Position numbers and translations under genes: made by a program. A stretch of DNA of 63,591 bases, counting the filler, from Choristocarpus tenellus KU-1152 (Eukaryota > Protista > Phaeophyceae): the NCBI GenBank assembly GCA_964200185.2. It is 14 parts of 14 records of this genome, joined end to end, with 100 filler letters (N's around TTAATTAATTAA, not from the genome) between each part and the next. Parts side by side here need not be neighbours in the genome. Positions count along the whole stretch, not along the records: positions 10,359 to 16,069 come from CAXNAD020009939.1; positions 16,170 to 20,458 come from CAXNAD020015267.1; positions 20,559 to 24,262 come from CAXNAD020018418.1; positions 24,363 to 28,129 come from CAXNAD020018051.1; 10 more parts are not named here. One strand, 5' to 3'. Below the pieces are notes generated by a model. It did not search any database. It was given only the letters and a program-made list of their open reading frames with translations, and was not told the origin of the DNA. Below, piece by piece: positions 12,984 to 26,634 of this stretch (within the stretch, counting starts at the first letter, position 1; the number at the start of each line of letters is the position of its first letter).

Positions 12984-13156
12984 TAAGCATTAACAAGGGT
13001 GGAGGTCAAGGTATTAGATACTTCTGAGACAGTTTGAATCATCGCCACAGAAAAAAGCTTCCTACAAAAACCCCACCAATGTATAAAATATGCCCCAAAT
13101 CAAGAAATATATATATGGAGCACCAGAAGGAAGAAAAGGAACAGAAAGGCGGAGAG

Positions 13157-13700
13157 GGGTCAAAGTATCTGGGGGGGGGGGGTGCCGGCGTCCGGTTTCC
13201 AACCTTTTTCGATTTTCAATTTTTGGTGTGATTTGGTCGCACGTATCGGATTTGAAATGTCAGCAAAAAAAGGAGGACTGTCGGTTAGATTCCTTCTGTC
13301 CTTGCGTACGCAAGAGGAATGGGAATATATGCCACCATTTATTTGGGTTTGGTTAGGAGTTTCGACGTTTGGATGTGTCCGATTTCGAGTCTGTTCAAAC
13401 AGGTTTATTGGTTTATGTTTGTTGGTCGTGCAGTTACGATGAAGAATAAGAGATGTGGGTTAGGTTGTTCCAGGGCTGGATATTGGTTTGTTTGATTGCA
13501 TGAGTGGGATTTGGTTAGCACAAAAGAGGGCTGTCGGTTAGGGTGTGGTTTCCCACTGTTAGCATGAGGAAGTGAAAAAAAGACTATGGACTGTTGCGAG
13601 GTTGATTTTTTCGTTTATTTGCTTGCATGAGTTGTGTCTGGTATGTACACAAAGAGGACTGTCAGTTAGGGCCTATTCTCCAGGTATGTGCACGAGGAAC
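13157..13700. repeat. Family-A-like left terminus followed by a degenerate ~128-bp tandem repeat
   Basis: GGGTCAAAGTATCTGGGG at 13157. The motif AGAGG(A/G)CTGTC(G/A)GTTAG recurs near 13270, 13525 and 13653. Confidence 0.5.
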
Positions 13701-13711
13701 CAAAACTTATG

Positions 13712-13967
13712 GAGCCAGAGTATCTTAGAGGGTAGAGCGGTGTCCATTTGGGGGTCAAAATCCAACGTTGTGATTTTGATGTAATTTTGGCTATCATGTT
13801 TGTTAGTAAGTGTCAATATCCTTCTTCCAGACACACCTTTTCATAACGTATACATTTTACCTACTCCTAAACATTTTGGAGTAGGAAAATGTCATATAAA
13901 AACCATGGGAGCCAAGCAACAAAGGGATAAACAGGGCAAAACTCGTACCCTCTAAGATATTTCACTC
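13712..13967. mobile_element. MITE family B copy
   Basis: Colinear with 12725-12983 and has the same TIRs. Confidence 0.85.
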
Positions 13968-14012
13968 TATATATTATGTACAGTTTAAATGTGATACTTT
14001 ATTTTATTTGCG

Positions 14013-14272
14013 GAGTCAAAGTATCTTAGAGGGTAGAGCTGCGTCCATTTGGAGGCCAAAATCCAATGTTGCAATTTTGATGTAATTTTGGTTATCATGT
14101 TTGTTAGAAGATGTCAATATCCTTGTTCCGAACACACCTTTTCATAACGTACACCTTTACGTACTCCGAAATATTTTGGAGTACGTAAAAAGCCATTGAA
14201 ATCCCGTGGGAGGCCAAGCCCCGAATGGACAAAGAGGAAAAAATTCGTACCCTCTAAGATATACTTTCACTG
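14013..14272. mobile_element. MITE family B copy
   Basis: GAGTCAAAGTATCTTAGAGGGTAG...GTACCCTCTAAGATATACTTTCACT, colinear with the other copies. Confidence 0.85.
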
Positions 14273-14410
14273 CGTGCATGTGTTGGATTTAGTATTTAAT
14301 AAGACGTGGTTGTCGCTGAGGGTGTTAGGGTTGAATTTGTTGGTATGAAGTAAGGGAAAAGGGTCAGGTATTGTTTTCGGGTTAGTGTATTATATCTCTC
14401 ATGTAAGGTG

Positions 14411-14667
14411 GAGTCAAAATATCTTAGATGGTAGAGCCGCGTCCATTTGAGGGCCAAATTCGAACATTGCGATTTTGATGAAATTTTGGCTATCGTGTTG
14501 TTAGGAAATGTCAATGTCCTTGTTCCTGTCACACCTTTTCATAACATAACCTTTTCCCTACTCCTAAATATTTCGGAGTAGGGAAATGTTATAAAAAAAA
14601 ACATGAGAAGGCAAGCCTCAAACGGACAAACAGGACAAATCTCGTACCCTCTAAGATACTTTCACTC
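14411..14667. mobile_element. MITE family B copy
   Basis: GAGTCAAAATATCTTAGATGGTAG...GTACCCTCTAAGATACTTTCACTC. Confidence 0.85.
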
Positions 14668-15307
14668 GGGTGGACGGAATCCGGAGGTGTATACGTGTTG
14701 TTATTGGTCAAGGTCTATTGCTGTACGTTTCTCTCAAAGTAGTTCGAGGTACACTTCCAGATGTCCTGGGTTGGTGCTGTGCTTAGGAGCATGGTGCGTG
14801 GACTTCAGTGCATAATCCTCCAAGATTCGAAGGAGAACGAGATCGAATCTAGTTTATCGACACTTGGACAAAGCATGAGATGGTGTATAGAGTATTGAGA
14901 AGAAGGGTTGAGGTGCGTTATAGCGTTCAAGGAATAAATAGCGGCTTTGAGAAGGACAGGGTATCCATCGTAGGCCCTGGTGAATTGTTTGGAAAGGTTA
15001 GCTGAGCAGATGGAGAAGAGTTGTTTGATTGATGTATTATATTTTGGTTGTCTAAACCTTGTAGCAGACACACTATTTTAAACAAATAATAACACAGGTC
15101 TAATTCTCAACGTGAGTATGATATATGATATGCTGACGACTCTGACTGGTAGCAATGTATCCGATACCACTATCTAAATGCATAGCTCATGGAATGGAAA
15201 TTGCATGAACATGGTAGTCGGACAACAAGGCAAGGTACACTGATGCATAAATCACCACAACCTGTACTCTACCCGTACTTCAACAAGAAACCGAAACGAC
15301 CGAAACC

Positions 15308-15874
15308 CTATTTCAATTGGTGGGCGGACTCGAAATTGCATTCGTCACCCTTCTCCAACCACTCTGTGAGCTTAGGGTGTGCCTCGACAAGAAGGTGCCA
15401 TAGATTTAGGCGTGTGGAGTACCTGGTGTTCCAAGGTTCGGGCTTCACGAGTCTCAAGAAGATAGCCTTCCTCGCCTGGAGTGCTTCCACATGCTCGGGA
15501 CGCAACGTGTTGCCTTGCTTCCCTCCACGATCGCCGAGTTTAACCTGTGTGGGCTCGTGGACGTAGCATTCATCCCCAAAAACAAGAGAATCGGCCCCTT
15601 TACCGGCCTTGACAATCCTGAACCCATGATCGTATATGACTTGGGTGAGGATTTGAGTCTGCACTCCATTCTGTGAAGAAGCAGGTTTCGTTGCCGATCG
15701 TAGGAACTCGGTAACGCATGCCTCCATGAAGGCTTTGGTGATCCCCACATTGGATGCATTGCCGGAGTCGACCACATCCTGTGTGACGCAATCCTCATCA
15801 CCATGAGATGACATTTCGTCATCATCGTCGTACTTTGATGTTGATGAACACGGATTTACCGCGTATCTGCCCAT
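15308..15874 (-). CDS. Hypothetical protein or exon of unknown function (188 aa; frame stays open about 40 codons further upstream)
   Basis: Long uninterrupted ORF with protein-like composition in otherwise stop-rich DNA. I recognise no motif. Confidence 0.4.
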   Translation of the reverse strand: MGRYAVNPCSSTSKYDDDDEMSSHGDEDCVTQDVVDSGNASNVGITKAFMEACVTEFLRSATKPASSQNGVQTQILTQVIYDHGFRIVKAGKGADSLVFGDECYVHEPTQVKLGDRGGKQGNTLRPEHVEALQARKAIFLRLVKPEPWNTRYSTRLNLWHLLVEAHPKLTEWLEKGDECNFESAHQLK

Positions 15875-16384
15875 TTTGGCAGAAGCGAAGACGTCTGCGA
15901 AGAAGCCAGGTTCTAAAGCGCTGCCATCAGGACCATGAGAGGCTGTTTGAAGGGTCTCATCTCTTGAAACACTAGTAGACCCCTGAGCTACTCATGGGGA
16001 TCGCAAGTTGTTAGACATGTTGAGGTTTCGTCCGAGGGTTGCTATCCCTCTAATCAGTGACCGGCATCGNNNNNNNNNNNNNNNNNNNNNNNNNNNNNNN
16101 NNNNNNNNNNNNNTTAATTAATTAANNNNNNNNNNNNNNNNNNNNNNNNNNNNNNNNNNNNNNNNNNNNTTAACTTAGTCGGTGTTTCTTTTTTTTTGCC
16201 CCTTTTTCACTTTCCCCCCCCCCCCCCCCCACCCCCCATGTTTTTGTATTGTGTATGTATTCAGTGCTATCAGTGGCGTCGCTGCTACCAGGGTCCCTTC
16301 CCCTTGGATTGGGACAGGACCCTAGTGGGTTTGAACTGTTTGGTCTCAAGGCATATCGGTGGAGGAAGTTTGGTTTTCCCCTTC

Positions 16385-16712
16385 GGGTCTTCAGAAAGGT
16401 ATCGCTGTGATTATAATGTTGATTGATTGTATGTTAATTGATTATAAAGTTAATTGTGTAGAGATATTAATTATATTGGTAGGTCTACAGAAAGGCATTA
16501 CAGTGATTATAATGTTAGTTGATTATAATGTTGATTGATTATATGTTATTTGATTATAGTGTTAATTGTGTAGAGATATTATATTTTTTGGTCTTCAGAA
16601 AGGTATCACTGTGATTATAATGTCAATTGCATAGAGCTATTATATTTTTTGGTCTTCAGAAAGGTATCACTGTGATTATAATGTTAATTGTACAGAGATA
16701 TAATATTTTTTT
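16385..16712. repeat. Degenerate tandem repeat with ~61-bp core unit GGTCTTCAGAAAGGTATCACTGTGATTATAATGT...
   Basis: Units start near 16386, 16482, 16590 and 16651, with nested GATTATAATGTT subrepeats. Confidence 0.8.
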
Positions 16713-17223
16713 CAGGCGTCTCTAAAAAAAAAAGCGGGGATGTATGATTTCTATCTTCATACTGCCTGCCCCCCTCCCCCAGTTTATTTCTATCATACCC
16801 TCCACCTGTCTGTGTGATGTGATACACGGCTCTCCTTTTTCGCCTGCTTGGAGAGATCTGAAGGGAAAACTGATGAGGAGTTTATCCTTTATTTTTAAAA
16901 TGTGTATGTGTGTGTTTTTTCTGAAGTCTAAAGAATAATTAGAACATATTTTGTGTTTTCTCTTTCAAATGGTTCTATTTTGAGGTGTAACGATTATCTA
17001 AGGAGATTTTAAACGATTGTCTAAAGAGATTTTAAACTTTCTTTAAACAGTTCTGCTATCCAAACTTACAGATCAAGTGGTATAGATTTTGTCTTTCCTC
17101 TATTTTAATTGGTTCTATCTGCATAAATAATACATATATATATATACATGTGTTTGTGTATATGTGAAACTTGCTGTAGTGTGGCACAACTCTAAACCTA
17201 GAAATGGACAGCAATCTTTGTTA

Positions 17224-17300
17224 AAGGTCCTCGCTATTTTTTTGTCTAGAAAAGGTACCCTCTATTTTTTTTTGTCTAGAAAAGGTACCCTCGATTTTTT
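17224..17300. repeat. ~29-bp tandem repeat (TATTTTTTTGTCTAGAAAAGGTACCCTC), 2+ copies
   Basis: Read directly from the sequence. Confidence 0.7.
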
Positions 17301-18659
17301 TAATAAATGATTTAAAGAAAGAAAATTAGTAGTATGAAAGTGATTGTAATGACCTTTTTTTTGAAAATATAGTAATGATGTAAATAGCAGCACTGACAGC
17401 GGCAGTACGATAGGAGTAGTAGTCAACAGACCAATCAAGTACAAGAATAGTTTTGACTACACTTCAACCGTGGCGACTCTGTTGATGGTCCTTACACTTC
17501 CACTGGAGTACATCTACATCAAACACCGTTCTTTTAAAAATCAGATCAGTACATATGTATGTATATATGTGTGTATGCATGTTTTTTGTTTTTTTTTCCA
17601 ATTGGAATCGGTAGGATAATTGATTTGGATGAAATGAGGTTGTGGGTGAGCAGCGCTAAACAACAAAAGTTACGGGATGTTTCCGGTATTGTGATATGTG
17701 CCGTGGTGAAATGGAAATATCAAGTATTTTATGGACTTGGACGTGTGAACTTTTTTTTTTTAAAGGTATTATTTTATTTTTCGGTTGGTTCTTTTTTCTT
17801 TTTTCTTTTTTCTTTATTTGTTACGCTAACGATTTTGAAAGCTCAACGAGTTTCTGTGGTACAAACTGTTACATTATGTACCAGACCACGCATCTCTTAA
17901 GCTGAAATTAGAACTGAATCTGAACTTGAAAAAAATATATATGAGGACATTATTTCTAAATGCTCCTGTTGTACTGTATGTTACAAGTATATATTTACAT
18001 TCCTTTCATTCTTCTCTTTTTTTTATGCATTTTAATAATAACAATAAATAAAACTTATGGGTTGGCGTCTCCATTGCTACGGGTCAGGGAGATGTGCTAC
18101 TGGAGCCGTACATGGTGATTGCTGGAGCACCAGAGGTCCTCGGCAGAAAGGGCTTTTTAGCAGGTGGAGTAGTTGACCTTTTCTCAGGTGTATGTATGTT
18201 TTTTTATGTTTGTCTTCATGAGGGTTGTGGGATAAGCACATTCTATTGGTTGACAGTACTGTGACATGTAATCTATGCCATTGCTCCATATCACTACAGA
18301 GCAATGAGAATTGCTACAGAACATTTAACTTCTCTACAGAGCTCTCTAAATCGCTGCTGTTGCTGAAGTGGAGTGGAATGTGGTGGTACTGCCATTAATA
18401 CTAGTATTTTAATAGAGTTGTAGTAAGAACTACATTCTTGAGCAATCAATCCCGTTGGCCTCCAAGTGTTCAAAATGGTCATGTAAAAATAAAAATATAT
18501 ACGTGTACATATATACGTGTGTGTGTTATGTATCCAGTAGGCTCTATTGCATTGCATAAATATTTTGTTCTATATTTGCAGTCCTCTACACACCAAGTGT
18601 AAGTGAGATACTGAGGAGAGTACAAGAGATGTGCAGACGATTGAGGCATGTTTGTTGTT

Positions 18660-18976
18660 GCTGCCTGTCTGTAACTTATGTAACTGTATGTACCTGTTTG
18701 TGACTGTCTATTCTTAAGACTATTTTTGTCACTGCTTGTAGCTCCCTGTAACTATCTGTATCTGTAATTGGCTAGAATTTTCTCTGTCTACATCTGTCTG
18801 CAACTTTCTGTAACTGTTTTTGTAACTGTCTGTAACTGGTTGTTCTTGTCCATAATATTTAGTGTCTGTTGGTAATTGTCTGTCTGTAATTTTTTGTCTG
18901 TAACTGTTTATAACTGTCTGTAAGTGTCTCCTTCTATTCTATAATTTCTATAACTGTCTGTAACTGTCTGTAACTG
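18660..18976. repeat. Degenerate microsatellite-like (CTGTAACTGT)n tract
   Basis: Recurrent TGTAACTGTC motifs. Confidence 0.7.
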
Positions 18977-19055
18977 CCACCTCCGATGGAACAAACATGT
19001 GTAGTGTAGGACCTAGAGTTTCTGATTGACGAGATACTTGAGCGATACCCATGGC

Positions 19056-19109
19056 ACTGTAAGAAGTTACTGTAAGAAGTTACTGTAAGAAGTTACTGTA
19101 AGAAGTTAC
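19056..19109. repeat. 13-bp tandem repeat ACTGTAAGAAGTT x4
   Basis: Four perfect copies. Confidence 0.9.
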
Positions 19110-19196
19110 ACGAGTAGTATGAAAGGATGATATTACTTCCAACTCCTCTTCTTGTCTTGCTCTATCTCAACAATGTACAATAACTCTCCCTTGTAG

Positions 19197-19310
19197 CATG
19201 CACAATACCTTATCTCATGCACAATACCTTATCTCATGCACAATACCTTACCCCATGCACAATACCTTATCTCATACACAATACCTTATCTCATACACAA
19301 TACCTTACCC
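19197..19310. repeat. 19-bp minisatellite CAT(G/A)CACAATACCTTA(TCT/CCC) x6
   Basis: Six units; unit ends alternate TCT,TCT,CCC twice. Confidence 0.9.
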
Positions 19311-19524
19311 CAAACTGTGTTGTGACAAAATGTAAGTAATATCGCGTACTTATAGATGGCACTACTATAAACCACACTTCTGAATGAGGTAATGCTTGTT
19401 TGCAGCATTAGAGACAATAGCGACTCAATCACTACACCTAATTTACCCAAAGACCAATTGGCATTGGCATAACATTATTAACCTTTTTTCATCTGTCTGA
19501 CATTTCCTGCTGTGCATTCACAGT

Positions 19525-19660
19525 ACGAGACTTATCCCCCTGTTACGGGACTTCCCCCCCCCCCTATAATGCACCTTTTCCCTTGTTACGTGACCTTTCC
19601 CCCCTGTTACGGGACTTTTTCCCTTGTTACGTGACCTTTCCCCCCCCTGTTACGGGACGT
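19525..19660. repeat. Degenerate ~20-bp tandem repeat CCC(C/T)TGTTACG(G/T)GAC
   Basis: About five to six TGTTACG units. Confidence 0.7.
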
Positions 19661-19926
19661 TTTCTTCGTGATGCGCCTTTTGCATCACGGCATTCGGTTT
19701 TGTTTTATCTTGCCTGCTGTGTACATACTCTTTGATAGAATCAACATACTCTTTGATAGAATCAAACACTTTTGTGGAAATTCGTATCCCACAAATTGTT
19801 TTTTTCTTTTCTCTTCACAACCTTAACCCTTAGTCTTCACAACCCTAACCCTTAAGTGTACTTTTTTTTTTCAGTTTGACACAACCTGTGTCCATCGAGG
19901 GAACTAACAGTGACACAGTCCGTTTA

Positions 19927-19963
<37 letters not shown>

Positions 19964-20558
19964 GCTATTTGTGTGTGTATTGATGGATCTCTTTATATAT
20001 ATATATATATATATATACTATTTGTGTGTGTATTGATGGTATGTCTAAGCGCCTTGAGACATCAGCCCGATCCCCCCCCACCCCCACCCCCAGGCTCCTG
20101 CTCTCCTTTCTGGTTTACGTGTGTGACACGATATTAGCTTGGAATTGTCATGTAGGGAGTCAAAGTACATGAGAGATGGTGTGTGTGTGTGTGTGTGTGT
20201 GTGTTTTGACTATTTTTTGAGCTTCAAAGATAAATTAAATACACATAAAGACATTTTATGAAAGAGGGCGTCATCAATAGGTACAGCTTGCTTTTATGCA
20301 AAGTGAATGCACCCTCTATTTTTGTTCTAAAAAAATTGTGCCACCGTAAAGCCAGAGGGACCCTTTTCAAACTCAGAGGCACCCCCCCCCCCCCCCCCCC
20401 CCCCTTCTTTTTCCTCCCTCTTATTTTTTTGTTGGCTTGTGGTTGGTGTGTGTGTCTGNNNNNNNNNNNNNNNNNNNNNNNNNNNNNNNNNNNNNNNNNN
20501 NNTTAATTAATTAANNNNNNNNNNNNNNNNNNNNNNNNNNNNNNNNNNNNNNNNNNNN

Positions 20559-20594
20559 AGCCCCGCTCCATCCTCAATTCTTAAAATCCACTGT
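20559..20594. mobile_element. Right terminus of MITE family D at contig start
   Basis: GCTCCATCCTCAATTCTTAAAATCCACTGT-TA resembles 59847-59878. Confidence 0.55.
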
Positions 20595-21307
20595 TAGATG
20601 GTACATATGTGTGGAGGTTGTGCTAAATTTGTGCATGGATGCCTGGCATGCTCCTAAGCGTGGTTGAAATAGCAAAAGTGATATTGATCACCAACCACAG
20701 AGCGTCTAGGTTAAGTCCTTGCACCAACTAAATTCATCATTCTATCATCAAGATCAAGAAGAGTATGTTGAGTTAGGCAAAGGAATAATCCTCCAGTCTC
20801 CTTCCCCTCTAAAGAACAAAAAGAGAAAATGAGAACCAGATCAGTTCTAGGAATTATCACATGTACGAATGGAAAATGGAAGGAAGATGGATAGGAGAAG
20901 AACTGGTGGACATACTTCCAAGATGAACTTGACAAAATTGGGTTTAGGGTTGAGGATTGAAGCACAACGCCACTAACCAGTAAGAGTGGTATGAGTGCTA
21001 ACTGATACGGATATCTGCCCCTTCAACCAATTAATGGTCTTCGATATTGGAGTTGATCGTTGAGTTGTGGATTTTCTTTCTAGATATTATTTTCTTGTCT
21101 CTCTCAACAAATTTGATAAATTTACCTTAATTGTATTCTTTCTGTACATTTTCTGTTTTTTTCTTTATGGACTTGGGTGATTGTACACCAGTAGTCGCGC
21201 CCGAATCGCGCGAGATGTCAAGGAACGAAAGTGTATGTCATCTATCTCAACAATTTGGATTGTGTTGTATCATACCATTTCTACACAGCGAGAGCGCTCA
21301 CCCTGCA

Positions 21308-24261
<2,954 letters not shown>

Positions 24262-24961
24262 CNNNNNNNNNNNNNNNNNNNNNNNNNNNNNNNNNNNNNN
24301 NNNNNNTTAATTAATTAANNNNNNNNNNNNNNNNNNNNNNNNNNNNNNNNNNNNNNNNNNNNGAGGTAAGGTAGAGCCAGATATATGTTTCCGTATATTT
24401 CAGTTGAGCTCTACACAACGCTCATGTATGGTAGGGACCTAAAATTGGATCATCCGTTGATATACCATATATGGCACGTATGGTAAGTAGATATTATTAT
24501 TTTCTGATTATCCATGTGGACGTTGCAAATCCCACATGGTAGTCTGCACTTATCTCACCCACGTATTCAGTCAGCGGAATTGAGACCACAAGCCCCTTGT
24601 AATATAAACTTTGTACATCTACATTGAGTTGTTCATTATCCTTCATCAAAGCACCAAAGCCGCGGGTCCAGTGTGGAATATTTCAACAGCACAGTCCTAC
24701 ACACCAACCCATCAACAGGACCAAGAGCTAACAGCAAACCTTTAAGTCTCAAAGTCACCAAGTCGCAGTGGCTCAGCAGCAGCAGCATTATCACGATCTG
24801 ATGGCATCATTGGTGGTGTGAAAGGGGGTGCATCAACTCAAATTCAGATTGACCTGCACAATGATCTCACTTGCTTGACGAAGATCATCCTGGAGAAGCA
24901 GGATCCGCTACCCTGCGCAAGGGAACATGCTTGTTCTGTAGTCTCACCTTCCAGATATCTA

Positions 24962-26634
24962 CTCCCTCTGTCCCATATGCCTGGGTCGTAAAGTTGTAGC
25001 TCTTCAGGATGACCTCCGATTACAAAACGGACTTTTGTATTGGACTCCATATTTTACATTAAAACTAAGGGAGAATTCTGTTCCGAAATGGTTCCGAAAG
25101 AGTGGAACACATAATGGGGCACATTCTGATCATTTTTTAATGTTCCTGCTACAGCATGGAGCCGCACAACACTCTCAAAACCCCCATGATGAGCCCCCAC
25201 AGCCCGTTGTCCCCAGCACGAAGCCCACCGTCTTGGGGAAAGAACTGCGAGCTGACCGAGGAACATTGGACCATACTTGCTCTGCATTACACATTGGCTC
25301 TTCCTCTGGGTCACGAGAGGCTCCTGAGAGGTGTGGGATCTAAATTGGCAAAAGAGTTTGGAGTGGAAGAGAGACACCCTAGATGGGTGTGGATGTGCGT
25401 CAAAGAACAGTTAGGGGGAATATCGTCTCCATGAAACCACAAGCACGATCTGGACGGCCATCAGACTTCACGCCAACAAAACAAAGATCCAGCAAATCAA
25501 CTCCAGTACTCTCATGCTGACTATCGACCAACTCTTTACCAAGCTCGCTGAAGCAGGCCTCACAGTCAGCAGCTCAAAGCTTCATCACTGGCTTGAACCA
25601 TGGGGGCAACAAGTGTTCAGCGGTGTGTCACCCCTAGCCTTTCATTTTCTCACAAGAAGAACAGGGTGGACTTCATCCTCAACCAGATCTCCTGCAACTG
25701 CAAAACCTACAGGACTGACCTCTACACCATGCACATTGACAAGGCGCAATTCTACTCATCCGCAAACGAGAGAAAATGTGGATGTTCCTGGGGGAGGAAA
25801 AGATGGGCTCAACAAGGTGCAGCACAAGAGTCACATTCCCAACAAGATGTTCATCTCTGCTGTTTCGTGCCCAAATCCTTCACATGATTTCAACGGCAAG
25901 ACCGGGATCTGACGAGTTTGCAGCACGAAAGAGGCGCAGCAGACTACAGCGCGACACCAAAAGGGTGTGAAATATGAGGTCGACATCACCGCCGATGCTG
26001 AGTGGTACCTGAAGGGGTACACGGAGCAGCTGTTGCCAGCGATCAAGGAAATATGCTGTGGCTGGAATCTGGGGGGGACTCCATACAGCAGGATGGCACG
26101 GCCTTTCGTATGGGTAAGGGTACGGTGTAGAAGCTGAAAAAAAGCAAGGATGGAGGAGGGATGGAAGATTAAGCTCATGATGCAGCCATCGCAGTCACCG
26201 GATCTCAACATCAACGATTTGGGTTTTTTGCATCTCTGAAGAGCAGGGTTTTGACGGAGCGTTATGGCACCGTTGATGAACTCGTAGAGGCGGTTTAAAG
26301 CATGTTCCACGCTTACAACGCAGACACGCTCGAGAGGGTCTGGCAGAGTCTGTTTAAGAGGTACAGTCAGGTGATAAGGGCGCTGGGGGGGAACGATTCG
26401 AGGTAGAGCACACTGGAACAAAAACAAATGCAGCGGAAGGTGGGCTGGCTAGATCAGTCAAAATAGACCAAGTGGCCTCTATGGTGGCCCTGGATTGGTG
26501 GGTTGACAGTGTTGAATAAAGGCGAGACATAGTGTAAAATGTTCCAAGGAATCCAATGCAAAGGTCTGTTTTGTAACGGGAGTTCATCCCGGAGAGCTAC
26601 AACTTAACGTCCCAGACTTATGGGACAGTGGGAG
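24962..26634 (+). mobile_element. Full-length (1673 bp) decayed Tc1/mariner element, DD39D (plant-mariner)-like
   Basis: TA target-site duplication (24960-61 and 26635-36). TIR CTCCCTCTGTCCCATA...TATGGGACAGTGGGAG extends about 87 bp with mismatches. Transposase remnants lie inside. Confidence 0.9.
25156..26519 (+). pseudogene. Mariner transposase pseudogene (frameshifts and stops)
   Basis: Motifs occur in order across frames: HKKNRVDF, MHIDKAQFY (cf. VHVDEKWFY), HKSHIPNKMFISAV, FNGKTGI, LLPAIK, IQQDG, GWKIKLMMQPSQSPDLNINDLGF, TVDELVEAV, TLERVWQSL and GGND-EVEHTG. Confidence 0.88.

Noticed and set aside
12725-14667. Repeat-spacer-like array of ~258-bp units
   Set aside because: Each unit has TIRs, one has a clear TSD, and a copy occurs on another contig. 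They are MITEs rather than a CRISPR-like or ncRNA array.
25831-26427. 198-aa minus-strand ORF
   Set aside because: It is the antisense shadow of the mariner transposase.
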